DNA of 64,000 nucleotides. It comes from Narcine bancroftii. Its lineage: Eukaryota. Of this stretch, positions 12,034-24,528 are shown piece by piece. The position numbers and the translations under genes were made by a program. Under the pieces are notes generated by a model. It saw nothing but the letters and a program-made list of their open reading frames with translations, did no database searches and was not told the DNA's origin. Location of the stretch: NCBI RefSeq assembly GCF_036971445.1, contig NC_091477.1, positions 10,850,001-10,914,000 on the forward strand. Direction: 5' to 3'. Within the stretch, counting starts at the first letter, position 1. The number at the start of each line of letters is the position of its first letter.

Positions 12034-13210
12034 TGTAGCAGCTCACCCACACAAGCAAACCGGCGCCAGCAGCCGCAGAGACACTCAACACGGGGGAAAG
12101 CCATAGCCGGAAAGTTAATGTCACTTCCACCCCACTGGGGGCACCAAGGACTCTAGGACTGGGCAGGCCTCTTTAAGTGCGTGATTTCAAACCAGTAAAT
12201 AGTTACTCTAGAACTCTGCAAGACTCAGCATATTCCTTTAGGTTCAATGGCTTAGCAGCCACATTGGTGACCCCAACAGTCCAACAGCATTTGGACCCAA
12301 CGCAAACAACTCAAGCAGCATGGACAACACAGACAATTCAACTTTTCAAAATGCAGTCTGGTTCCAGCAGCCAGAGGCCGAGTTCCGGGTCAGGAACATT
12401 GTCTCAGATGAGCCTGATATTACGATATGGTGGAAATGGCAGGCTGAGAAATGGACTTCCTACAGCAGCCTTTGAAGGCTGGCAGGTGAGAGGCATTCAA
12501 GGCCATGTTAGTTGGCACATTTGTGGCCTCTCACAGTGTGAATAGGCTGTGCAGTTACTGTGGATGGATGGCCAAGGTGACCAAACATTGTCAGTCCTAA
12601 TGAGTGACATGCTGGCACTAGCAGACTGATGGTCAAACTTAAGTGCTAGTTCAGCCTGTCCACCAATTACTTGTTGGGACACCAGATCAACCATCACAGA
12701 GCCGTCCCCTGCCATTGAAAGTTGAGGCCATTCACCGGACCCAAAACAGTCACCCTGCCATTGAAAGTTGAGGCCATTCACCGGACCCAAAACAGTCAAA
12801 GGTCTGCAAGAATTTGTCTGGATAGTTAATTTTTACCATCAGTTCATTCCCTCAGCAGCCCAAATTATGCACCCACTTTTCAGTTAAATGTCCAGCAAAG
12901 CCAAAGAAGTTGCCTGGACGAAGAGGCGATGGCAGCATTCAACCAGGCCAAGGATGTGCTAGTCAACACCACGCTCCCAGTCCACCCCTGGATGGATGTC
13001 TCAACAGCCCTCACTGTGGATGCCTCTAAATGGCAGTCAGCAGCATACTTGAACAATTAATAGAAGGTCAATGGAAGCCACTCACCTTCTTCAACTGACC
13101 TGCAGCCCAAGAACCATTCAACAGGGAGCTAACTAGCCCTGTACCTGGCCATTCGGCACTTCAGGTATTTTCTAGAAGGGAGAGAGTTCATGATCTTCAC
13201 AGATCACAGG
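12034..13210 (+). mobile_element. Degenerate Gypsy LTR retrotransposon (5' LTR, tRNA-Trp PBS, deleted gag-pol, RNase H)
   Basis: TG...CA LTR at ~12034-12263, then TGGTGACCCC (tRNA-Trp PBS). The pol relic reads ALTVDAS..WKPLTFF..RELLALYLAIRHFRYFLEGREFMIFTDH. Confidence 0.8.
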
Positions 13211-14664
13211 AACTATTCCAACTCTCATATTCCAGCTACATTATGTAGGTGATGTTAATATATGTTCAACTCATTCACTGAAACAAATAAAGGAATTGGT
13301 TTTACACCCATCAACAAAGAAAAGGCCCTTGACCAACCTGTCTTAAATGGTGCTGTTTCTTCATTAATGTTCCAACTCAATTTTTTTTAAATGGCAGCAA
13401 AATTAAAAAGACAATTGAATTACTGGCCTGTTAGTGCATGTTAATCAACTTTAAAATCATGCTTTTTAAATCCTACTTTCACCAGCTCACATCAATCACA
13501 TCTCAAATTCTCTCCTTTTACATCTCCACAAATCAAAGCGCATTACTGAAATACCAGAGCAGTGAAAACAGGTACAAAGCAAATCAACTCTAAATTCGAT
13601 CACAAAAATACATAGTAAGAAATTAGTTCACTAACTAATGAAATTACACAAAACTGGTTAAAAATTAAATTTCAGACATTATATTTATTTCAATAAAATG
13701 TGACACCAGATTACCATGTGGCAGCAAAAATCAATGTTTCCTTGTGCATTAAGCTGCCAGACACCCATATTTCAGTAACGCACAAATGTCTGAAGTGGGA
13801 GGTAGTTGTGCATTTAGAAACAACAAATATATTTCCCCAAATAAAACCAATATCATTGTAGCAAATGAGCTACAAGAACATATCAGAGATGCATTACATT
13901 TGTTCCAGACTTAAAAGTGCTGTTCGGAAAAATTATTTTGGACAAAGCGAACCATATCTATAAGCACAAAACAAACCTTGAGCTCAGGTCCCATCTTTTA
14001 AAGTATTTAAGTGACGAGGCTGACCAGTCACTCAACTTTATCAACAGAATTTTTTTTACTTCACATACAACCCTGTGATTCTTTTTCCTGTGAGCCAGGC
14101 AGAACTTCTATTTATCGACATAGGGAAAAAAAATTGATCTCAAGAAAATAAAAGTAAAAATATGCATCGCTTAATGTCCATTCAGGCAAAGTCCGATCTC
14201 ATATACATCTGTCGTCCATGGTCCCATTAGGTCAAGAGTTCAAAAATCCCGATTGGAGAATGGGCATAGCGGACATAACCGGAGGTACACAACTTCCTGC
14301 ATGCAACACCTGCATCCCACGTCTTTTGTAGCAAAGGCTTATGGTTGTAGGTACTGTACTCTACTTTCTATCTTGGCTCCCAAATGCAGTAAAACATGAT
14401 AGCAGCAGCGGGGCCAAGTAAAAGTAAAGATTTGGAAGTGAAACAAAAAGTTATTATACAATACAAAAGTGGAAAAAAAGTGAATGCTATTGCTCGTGGT
14501 TTAGGCATGTCGCACTCGACAATTACGATGATCCTCCAAAACAAAGTAAAAATTCTCCAAGCTGTTAAAGTACAAGGATAACGAAAATGCAAGAGGGACC
14601 AATATCAAATATGGATAAATTGCTAATGATGTGGATCGAGGACCAATCACAAAAACAAGTCCCT

Positions 14665-14971
14665 TATGTTTTTTTTAGACTGCAGACATGTAACGGCACA
14701 ATCAAGGAATTTTACCGCTACACAGGCAGTGTAAAAAGCAATGAGCAGGAATTTTGAGTCAATTCATGAAATGCGATTTATCAAGACCTCTACAACTTTT
14801 TGGACCGAAAAAATTAATTGACGGTCATCCACTCTACCGCACGTCCAACCACCGGGACTGTTGTACTCAGGTACTCGCAGTCTAAAAAGGCGTCCGGTGT
14901 GAATGACCACACAGCATTAATTATGTTAATTTTTTCCACAATTTTCCCGACATTACAGTCTATAAACCATA
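14665..14971. mobile_element. Small Harbinger-like insertion inside the Tigger transposase
   Basis: Interrupts WIEDQSQKQVP / LSMMTFTTKA. Imperfect inverted ends tatgttttttttagactg / cagtctataaaccata; the TSD is unclear. Confidence 0.5.
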
Positions 14972-15761
14972 CTGCTCAGCATGATGACCTTCACCACTAA
15001 GGCACAAAGCTTGTTCCAAATGCTTAAAGAAAAAGCAGGACCAGAATACGATATTGAGTTTAGTGATAGCTCTGGGTGGTTCAGGAGCTTCAAACAATGT
15101 TTTTTGCTGCATAATGTGAAAGTGAGTGGTGAGTTTGTGAGTGCTGATGCGAAGGCAGCAGAAGAATTTGTTGAAACCTTAGATAAATTGTGGAGGGAGG
15201 ATATTTGCCCCAGCAAATTTTTAATATGGATGAAACCTCCTTATTCTGGAAGCAAACGCCCAAAAGGACCTACATCCATAAGTAGACCAAATCAATGCCA
15301 GGCTTAATAGCTTTTAAAGACAGTAGCAATGTTGTTAGGAGGAAATATTGTTGGATACAAGTTAAATCCATTTCTTATTTGGCAAAGTGAAAATCCCAGG
15401 GCTTTCAAGAGCATTAACAAACACACTATCGGTTTATTACAGGAGCAATAAAAAGTCATGGATGACACAAATGCTGTTTCAGGATGCCCTTCTCAATTGC
15501 CATGCCAGTGAAATGGAGAAGTACTGCTTGGAAAAAGGTATACTTTTCAATATTTTGCTAATTGTAGACAATATTCCAGGACATCCCCCTTTCATTGGTG
15601 ACCTCCACCGCAAAATCAAAGTGGTGTTCCTCCCACCAAACATCACCTCTTTAATTCAGCCAATGGACCAAGGAGTTATTGCAGCTTTCATACTACCCAA
15701 GAAGGACCTTTGTTGCAACTGATGACACTGACAAGACAGTGATGCAGTTCTGCAAGGAGTA

Positions 15762-16400
15762 CAGTCAGACCCCAGGTTAAAAAAAACTTCCGATTTAAGA
15801 ACAACTCATACTTAAGAATCGACAAGCTGCCGGAAGTAGAATGCTGTCAAATTCTGGTTCAAGTGTTGTTGAGTTAGTGTCATGAATCCGGTAAGAAATT
15901 GAAAAGTACAGATTCGAACATCGCACCTATACACTACTATGTACTCTTATTTTGGCTGGTTTACAAGCAACTCTTGAACCAACAGTTTGGTGACTCTTTA
16001 CTCCGTCTTTGGGTTAAAAGCAGTCAGAAATGAACAGATGCTTCTTTGCAGCTGATTCCACCTTCAAGTTCCACGTGGCAAAAATCCTAATACACCTGTA
16101 CTGTATTTGTATTGCACTAAATCCTAACTCCCCAGCACCAGGTCCATCCTCTCCAACAGTAGCCATCTCTCCATCATCTAATTATGTGCTGTATTATTAG
16201 GTTTAAGATGTAGTGTATTTGGAAGTGTTTCTTAAGTGTTCTACATGCAGAGAAATGTAAAATACTATATATGCTTAAGATAAACATTTGATGAACTGAC
16301 ACTAAATAAGGATGGTTTGTACTTGTTCCGATTTAAATACAAATTTGAGTTAAAGACAGACCTAAATAACGGAACTCATTTTTAACCCAGGGACTGCCCA
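15762..16400. mobile_element. Tigger-type MITE nested in the transposase
   Basis: TIRs cagtcagaccccaggttaaaaa / tttttaacccagggactgccca with a TA TSD. Removing it rejoins FCKEY to ...NLAWAWDDVIKKCMNGIWKK. Confidence 0.8.
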
Positions 16401-17193
16401 TATATTTTCCACTGCATATAGAACCTTGCTTGGGCCTGGGATGATGTAATCAAAAAGTGCATGAATGGCATATGGAAAAAAAATACTGAAGCGGTACGTG
16501 CATAACTTTAAGGGATTTGAAAAAGATGATAAGATTCCAAGGATTAATAGAGCTGATGTCGACATGGTAAACAACAATCTGAATGTAGACATAGATGATG
16601 AAGACATTGAAGAACTCCTAGGGGTGGTTCCTGAGGAACTAACAAATGAAGAATTGCTGGAGCAAGAGCAAATAGATGAAGAGGCAAAGGAAAAGGTAAC
16701 TGCAGAAAGAGAAGAACAGGTGTAGATGAGGTTCACTGTTAAGGGGTTAGCTGAATTCTTTGCAGACTTGAACAACTTGCTCAAGAGTTGGATCCAAACA
16801 CAACAATTTTCAATGATAGAGACGAATGCTCATGCAGTGTATACAGCATAAAGAAATTTATGAAGGAATAAAAAGCAAACTAGGCAAACAACACTGAATA
16901 TATTCCTGAAGAAGCCAACACCTCCCCAAGAAAGGCTTCAGCCAGGTTCTTCAGGCATGACAGAGTGACAGTTCATCAATGGAGGTTATTCAAGCTGAAC
17001 TCTTCCAGTGGAAGACTATGAAGAAGTTGAGAACAGTGATGTTGATGATCCTGATCTTCTTTGTTAAAATGTGTTTATATAGGTTAAGAAACTATTTACA
17101 GGAGCTGATATGGTTCAACATCAGCCTCTCAAAACACTATTGCTGTTGATGCGAGTGCCACTGGTCAGTAGTCATTTAAACTAAAACATTAAC

Positions 17194-17751
17194 ACCACCT
17201 TTACCTCAGCCAGGACGTTGCTGTCCATCCTGAGCATCTCCACTGCCCTGGCTCGCCTTCGCCTGGTTGACATTGTGGGGAAGGAAGATGTGAATGAAGC
17301 AATGAGATTGATGGAAACGTCCAAGGACTCCCTGCTTGGGGATCGTGATCAGAGCACAAGGGCCCAGCGGCCAGCAGATGCCATCTTTGTCACGATTCGA
17401 GAGATGGTGGCAGATACGACCATGCGTACTGTCAAATACTCTGAAGCTGAGCAGAGGTGTGTCTCAAAGGGTTTCACACCGGCACGGCACAAGTGGAGGC
17501 TGCACTCGAGGAATATGAAGAGCTCAACGTCTGGCAAGTGAATCATGCATGGACTAAAATCACCTTTGTTTGAGCGCCTGGATGCCTTGTACCAGTGCAG
17601 GCTGACCCTGCTTTAGATTTGCTAGGCTTGGCATCGATTCTGTCCTTGCGTTCCTACTGCCTGTAGCCTATCAGAGGCCAGTATACTCGTTCAGCAGACA
17701 GGAAGAAATTGCTTAATAAAATCTGTACCATTTTGACAATGGGAAAAAAAA
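17194..17751 (+). pseudogene. MCM7: MCM7 processed pseudogene, 5'-truncated (C-terminal ~125 codons, 3'UTR, poly-A)
   Basis: Reads [49 protein letters not shown]...[41 protein letters not shown], matching the MCM7 C-terminus. Intronless, with a 5-bp cggca duplication frameshift (17480-17489), AATAAA at 17715-17720 and A8 at 17744-17751. Confidence 0.93.
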
Positions 17752-18189
17752 GGATTCTTTTATCCAACATTTCTTGTTTTAATTTCAGATTTACAGCATT
17801 CTTCTTTGTTTTTCATGTTACATTTGGTTAAACTCAATTTCCACATTCAGCACAAAAAATTTCCAATCACAGAAGCTGACATCAATATTCTCCATCATAA
17901 ATCAGGAAATAAAGCAATTTAAATAAATGCAATTATATCTACTCATGAGAGAAGATATTTCTGTTGTGGGGAAGAAAATGGCATTAAGGCTTAACAGTTT
18001 AAAAAGTTTTATCCTTCAATAATATGGATGCTACAAAGTATCGTTTCTATCGAATTACATTATCAATCTTAGTTTTAAATCTCCACTAAATGTAGCGTTC
18101 ATTGAAATACCCAAGGATAAAAGATTTTTGTCTATGAAAGATATTCATGAATATTTAAGAGAATTTTTCTTTCAAGATTTGGTAGTGGT

Positions 18190-18960
18190 GGGATTAAATT
18201 ACAAGAGGTGGAAGATCTCACGAAATGGCACGAGAATAACAACCCAAGTTTCAACATGCACAAGACAAATGAGCTGATTATGGACTTCAGGAGCACCAGG
18301 GATGACCACCCTCCACTGCACATCATAGCTCAGTGGTGGAGATAGTAGAGAACACCACGTTTCTTGGAGTCCACTTACGAAGTGATCTATCCTGGACACA
18401 TGACATCTCCTCATTTGACACACTTCCAGAGAAGAAAGAGGTTATCGGTCACCATACTGCCAACTTTCTATACAAGCTCAATCTAGAGCATCCTGGCCAG
18501 GTGCATCACAGTGTGGTACAGTTGCTGTCAAGCATTGGATCAGAAGTCAATCCATAAAACCAGAAATGCAGCAGAGAGGATCAATGGGGTCTCCCTTCCC
18601 CACCTCCCTCCACCCTCAATCAATGTGATTTTCCAAGATTGTTTAAAGACAACTCGCATAATATGCAAGAACCCCTACTACCCCTCACACAGCATCTTCC
18701 AACTACTCCTGTTGTGGAAGATATACAGAAGTATCAAAGCTAAAACCACCTAAGAACTGAGGAACAGCTTCTTCCCATGGACAGTGAGACTGCTAAAACA
18801 TCATAGCTCTAATATTTACTAATAATATATTTTTTTTATATATGTATATGTTGGTTCTGTGTACATGTATCATTTGTCTGTATACATGTTATACATTGTA
18901 TGAGAGAATACTGTTTCATTCTGTTGTACTGATTACAATTGAATGATAATAAATTTGAAA
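18190..18960 (+). mobile_element. Rex1/Babar LINE 3' fragment
   Basis: Encodes VEIVENTTFLGVHLRSDLSWTH and PYYPSHSIFQLL..YRSIKAKTT. Confidence 0.75.
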
Positions 18961-20233
18961 AGTTTGGAAACACTGTCCCTGACCAAAATCCCAAAAGGTC
19001 ATGAGAAGACCAACATTTGTTGGAGGGGAAGTGGGGGGTGAAATCACCTTTGGCTAACCTATTTACTTGTAGAAAATGTACCTATCCATGGTTGCAAGAA
19101 CAGAAGTGACTACCACAAGAGTACACATGGAGGGAAAAATCCCAAATTCACACCGAAAATACTGTCCATTGGCTTTTGACACATTGTAGGTTTATTTGTT
19201 TTGGAATGAACAAACACTTCAATCTGCAACATCCTGGCATACCCCTAAAATGACAATCAAGCCAGATCAAAATTGATTTGGTGAAGGACATGCCAAAGCA
19301 TTATCAGACTTATCTAAAACTGAAGTATCAATGTGGTGATGTAACATTACAATTTCAAATGGTGCCAAGCTGCAACAAACCAACAGACATTGAAGAAATC
19401 CCACAACCAAAAGGTCAGATTATCTTCTTCTTTGGTCCCTTGGGTTGGAGGACAACTTACTTCTTGAGTTTTATGGGTTCTAGTATGCTAACGAAACCAA
19501 TGAGACTAATATATCCTTCTACAAGGCTGAAGGTGGCTGAAAGGGAAACCGGATAGATAATTTGTGAGAGTGCATTTCACCCACTCCTCATGCAGGGCTT
19601 CTGTGCTCCCAACACATTTAAGCTGCTCAAAACAATAAAGACTGCTACTTCTCCATTTGTGTAATAAGAGTAGAAGATCTCAAGAGTCAGTGGAGTCGCT
19701 GCACTTAAAAATGTAGATACATCTCAGGCCTGTAACTAATCATGAGAACTGACCAGTTATGTCCTGTTCAGAAAATGAGGCACCAATCCAGTCTGGAAAA
19801 TTGCCCCCAATCTTCACCTGACCATTAACATTTTGAAAGATGTCATCAGTAGGATCTCAAAGGGTACTTAATCATCAATAATTTACACATCACCCAGTTT
19901 ACCTGAACCACTCGGCTCCAGATCTCATCACAATGTGGTCCACACATCAACTAAATTGCTGACTTCCAATGTGGAGGAGAGAGTGTTTGCTTAACATCAA
20001 AGCAGTATTTGACCAAGTATTTGGACATTGTTCCAAAAACATCCTTGATTGGAGTTGCACCCTATATAAAGAAAATGGTCTAACTGCTGGAGGTCAATCA
20101 TCCTAGCTCCACAATATGATAGCAGAACTTTCTCTATCCTTTATGCAACCATCTTTAGCTGCTTCAAAACAACTTCCTGATGCAAGGCTATTCAGATATT
20201 CATTGGTGAATGCACATGCTCAATTTGCAACTA

Positions 20234-20677
20234 CAGTAAAAGTCCGAAAACCCAGACTGCTCAGGGATTGGGTCAGTTAAGATTTTTCAATTTTCCAGGT
20301 TCTTGGGCAGGACTTTTAAAATTCAAATTTGAGGTAAAAAGAGATTAACAGGTACATTTTTAATCACATTTTCATTAGAGCAAACACGCAGTGTTTCATT
20401 TATTACAAGCAGTTTTAAAGAAAAATAAAGTCAACGCGACTGAAATGTAAACAAAATTTTTCCCACTTAAAAAAAGCATGTAATGCTTGAAATTATGTAT
20501 AAAAAATTAATATAAAAGAAAAATACAGTATACAAATTAATTCATTCTTGGCTGCCTTGTTGCCACTGCGCATCTGTGGTGCATGCATACAAAACTCCGC
20601 TAAATTTAAGGAGTTGGAGAATCTGGATTCTCGAGTAATCTGAACTTCTGACATCCAACTTTTTTTGACTTCTACTG
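20234..20677. mobile_element. Tc1/Tigger-type MITE within an old CR1-like relic
   Basis: TIRs cagtaaaagtccgaaaa / ttttgacttctactg, with TA on the left flank. Confidence 0.55.
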
Positions 20678-20997
20678 CACTTGCTTACTGAAGCAGTTCA
20701 GGTCTTTCTGCAGCACAACTCAGATAATATTCAAGCATGGACCAATCAGTTGAGGTAACACACTAACTGAAAGTACCTAGCAAAGACCTTAAGCAAGAAG
20801 AGAGTAAACCACATACCTGTGACGTTCAACAGTATTACTAATAAACTTCCCAATGATCAACACAGAGATCACCACTGACTAGAACCACAAATGCACTGGC
20901 CACGTAAACACTCTGGGTACAAGTCAGGGGCAGTGTGTGCAGCAACAAATTATTCACTTGCTGACTTCACAAAGCTTTTCCCACTGAAGAGAAAAAT

Positions 20998-21830
20998 TAG
21001 AATCAGAATTTATTGTCATGAACGAGTCATGAAATTTGGTGTTTTGCAGCAGCGATCATAGTGCAAGCATTTAAATTATAACCATATTACAATGTTATTA
21101 TAAAAAAATTAAATAATAGCACATATAAAGTAAGGCAGTGACTTTGGAATCTGATGGCAGCAGGGAAGAAGCTGTCCTTGTGCCATTGACTGCTCGCCCT
21201 TAAGCTCCGATACCTTTCTCCCCAATGGTAGCAGAGTGAAGGGAGCATGGCCTGGGTGGTGGGGGTCTTTGAGGATAGAGGCTGCTTTTATAACATAGAT
21301 GTCCTCGATGGAGTAAAGTCTGGTGCCTGCGATGTCACAGGCTGAGTTAACAAACTTCAAGTTTTTTTCTTGTCCTAAGAGTTGGTGCCTCCATACCAGG
21401 CAGTGATTCAACTAGCCAGAATGTTCTCCCCGGCACACCTGTAGAAGTTTTTGAATCTCTTCAGACACCTCGCAAAGTATAGCCACTGGCGAGTCCTCTT
21501 TGTGATTACGTGAAGTCTCCAGGAGAATCCTCCGAGAATTTGAAGTTCTTGACCCTCTCCACGACTGAGCCCTCGATGAGGACAGGGTCATGTTCCCCTG
21601 AAGTCCACAATCAACTCCCTGATTTTGCTGATGTTAAGTGCAAGGTTGATGTCATTACACCATTCAACAAGCTGATCTCTCTCCCTCCTATATGCTTCCT
21701 CATTGCTGTATGTGATTCTGCCGACAACTGTGGTGTCATCGGCAAACTTGTAGATAGCATTGGAATTAGGCCTGGCCCCACAGTCATGGGTGTAGAATGA
21801 GTAGAGCAGTGGGCACCTGTGTTGATAATC
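20998..21830 (-). mobile_element. Rex1/Babar LINE fragment (RT C-terminus to tail)
   Basis: Encodes PLLYSFYTHDC..IYKFADDTTVVGRI..LVEWCNDINLALNISKIRELIVDFR and ILKDPHHPGHAPFTLLP. Confidence 0.85.
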
Positions 21831-22059
21831 GGTGAGGATGTACATGCTTGAATTGCATAACACAACTTTAACAATGCCACATGATCCAGGACAAAGTGGC
21901 CATTTCATTAGTACCTCCCCCCTCCCCACCCCCTTTCACAACCCTAATACATATGCATCAGCAACACAAATGTAGCAGAGAAGTGCAAGAGCAGTAAATG
22001 CAAGGTGACACTGCCCTCTGCAGGTTCCGCTCTTCCATACACATCATGAACTGGAAGCA

Positions 22060-22300
22060 CAAAACACGAAAGTCTGCAAACACCGTGACTGAAGTAAAAC
22101 CACAAAGCTGGAGAAACTCAGCAGGTCAGTGTACTTTATATAGCAAAGAGAAAGATACTTAACCAACATTTTGAGCTTCAACCCTTCATCAAAGTGTACC
22201 TTGAAAGGCTCAAACCAGAAATGTTGATTATATATCTTTATTTTTGCAATATAGACTGTTTGACCTGCTGAATTTCTCCAGTATTGTGATTTTACAATCA
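22060..22300. mobile_element. Palindromic pair of Penelope pLTR tails with degenerate hammerhead-like cores
   Basis: gctggagaaactcagcaggtca ... tgacctgctgaatttctccag inverted arms of about 100 bp around a cccttcatcaa / ttgaaaggctcaaaccagaaa centre. Confidence 0.6.
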
Positions 22301-22699
22301 TGATCTGGAAATATTCTTCCTCACAGCAATTGCATCCAAGACCTAGAACTAAGGCAGCATCAAGGAAGTAACTTCACAGGAAGGTCTGATATATTTCAAG
22401 ATAGTAGTAATTCAGCACCACCTTCCAAGGGCTGATGAAATGAGCAAAAAATGCTAATCTTGGTAGAGATCTCAAAAATATGAATAATTAAAATTCTGGT
22501 ATAGGCACCACGACAAAAAGCATTTTTTTTATTCCAGTTAGAGTTATTTGAACTTGTTTCCTAGATCCCATAGTGGGAATTAAACTTGGAAATTAACTGA
22601 AGTGCCATCTAAAGGTTATAATTCCAATTACAGAGAAACAGAACTCTCAGCTGTCTGAAAAAAGAACCTTTCATGACCACATGGCAATCTTAACACAGT

Positions 22700-23115
22700 C
22701 CAGAATTAAATCGTCAGGTTTATTGTTATCTGATTGCACGAGTACAACCCAACAAAATAGCTTTCTCCTGTCCTTGGTGCAAACACGCAGACACACAACC
22801 AGACATAATACACATACAGACAAACCTATATGTAGGACGTATTCTATATACAAGCAAATATTATTACATGAATACAAAAGTCTCAGATGATTAGTGTGAA
22901 CATTTCCTTTGATCGTTCAGCATTCTCACTGCTCATAGGCAGAAGCTGTTCCTCAGCCTGGTGGCGCTGGCTCCGATATTCCTGCATCTTCTTTCTGATG
23001 GAAACAGTTAAAGATCTTGTGCGCGGGGTGGGGGGTGGATTTTGTGCACTCTTTAGACAATTATCCTGGTAGACTCCAGTGATCCTCTCTGCTCCTGTAG
23101 ATCGGCCTCTGATCT
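22700..23115 (-). mobile_element. Rex1/Babar LINE 3' tail fragment
   Basis: agaagctgttcctcagcctggtgg motif (reverse strand TRLRNSF) and an aataaacctga tail, as in the other copies. Confidence 0.65.
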
Positions 23116-24528
23116 ATTTCATCATAAAAATCATTTATACTGTGATAATGAAGAAGAAAAGAGCTGAACAGCATCAGAGCTCCAATTGGAAGCATATCCA
23201 CACTTAAAATAACTTTCCAAGTGAAAATTTAAAAAACTAGCAGAAAGAGTAATTGTGACGCTAAAATGAACCTTTTAAAAAGGTCAGAAATCTTACATGA
23301 TGATATTACTTCCCTGACCATCGAGGAATGAGCAATTAATTTCAACAATCAGAAGTTCAATGATTAAAAGTGCAAAAGGAAACTTTTCATGAAGTTCTGC
23401 AAGAATGGCTGTTAAACAAGTTGAAGATAAATGCTTTCCATCCAAGGGGGTGGGTGGGAGGAGGGTGTTGTGGGGGAAGAGAAATCAGATAGATGCCCCC
23501 ATACAAGAAAAGCCTAAACATTCAGGAATGCTCTTGTGCAATGTCATTTTATTTTTATTGAGGAAAATGTTCTGAAGTAAACAACAAGAAAGTAGAGGTC
23601 ATACCAATGGCAAGAGAAAGGATCACTATGCCTATTGATTTCAGAAAGTATCATGGCAAATCACTGAAATAGATTGCACTCAAACAATAGTACCTGTAAT
23701 CATAACTCCATAACCTTCCTGACTCCCAGATTCATCAACAAGTCTTCACCAGGCACAGGTAATACAAGAGAATGAAATGAAATGCATTTTTATCATGATT
23801 CATTTCAGAAAACTTGAAACCTATCCTATCCAAAAAAATCAGAAATAGATTCTCTTTCAACCAATTAACCCTAGAAAAAAAATTAAGAAAGACCATTTAA
23901 AAAAAAAACCCCACAAACTACAAAATAACTTATGAAAAATAAAACAACATTTTTTAACAAAAGTTTGACTACCAAAACAGCAGAAGAGTTCAGCAACCTG
24001 AATCAGACAACGTAACTGCCCAGGTAGCAACAACTACAATTGTTGCTGGTCACGCTTTATAGATGGGGATGAAGGCTAATGGGAATTACTGTCCCAGTCA
24101 CCAGAATAATTAACAAGCTTTGAAGAACCTAAACCAAAAAAAGCATTATTCCTTGGCAGATATAACTGTATATCACTCTTACACCCTCCATATAGTCGCA
24201 TGTGCACAGATTTTTTTTAAAAATCAACTGAACTTTCCATGGCACGGAGTTGTTTATTTACAACCATTTGGATGCTAAATCAATTATTTAATTACCAAAA
24301 AATATTTCTCTTGTCTTTTTGTACCCCTAATGTAATGATTTACCCCATGTCATCCATTATTTGCCTGTAATGACAAAAATTAGCAACAAGAAACCAACCT
24401 TGTTTGTCATCAAAACCAACCATCTGGATTATATTGTTGCAAATTGGATCAGCAAATTTGGAGGTATAGTGGACAGCAAGGAAGGCTTTCATAACCTGCA
24501 GCAGTTATTTCCACTGAGGTTAGATGAG

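Larger units (their letters stand above)
14160..17070 (+). mobile_element. Tigger/pogo transposon with pseudogenised transposase (CENP-B-type HTH and DDE)
   Basis: Fragments DLEVKQKVIIQYKSGKKVNAIARGLGMSHSTITMIL, FSDSSGWFRSFK, SNKKSWMT, LLIVDNIPGHP and FLPPNITSLIQPMDQGVI, with stops and frameshifts. Confidence 0.9.

Noticed and set aside
14396-16725. Domesticated TIGD/CENP-B-like host gene
   Set aside because: It has many stops and frameshifts and two nested insertions.
17101-17172. Hairpin gctgat...atcagc upstream of the retrocopy as a possible miRNA
   Set aside because: The stem is only about 6 bp, and the minus strand translates as a LINE RT piece (PVALASTA..FERLMLNHISS).
17218-17573. Functional MCM7 gene or exon
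   Set aside because: It is 5'-truncated, intronless, frameshifted and poly-A tailed, so it is a retrocopy.
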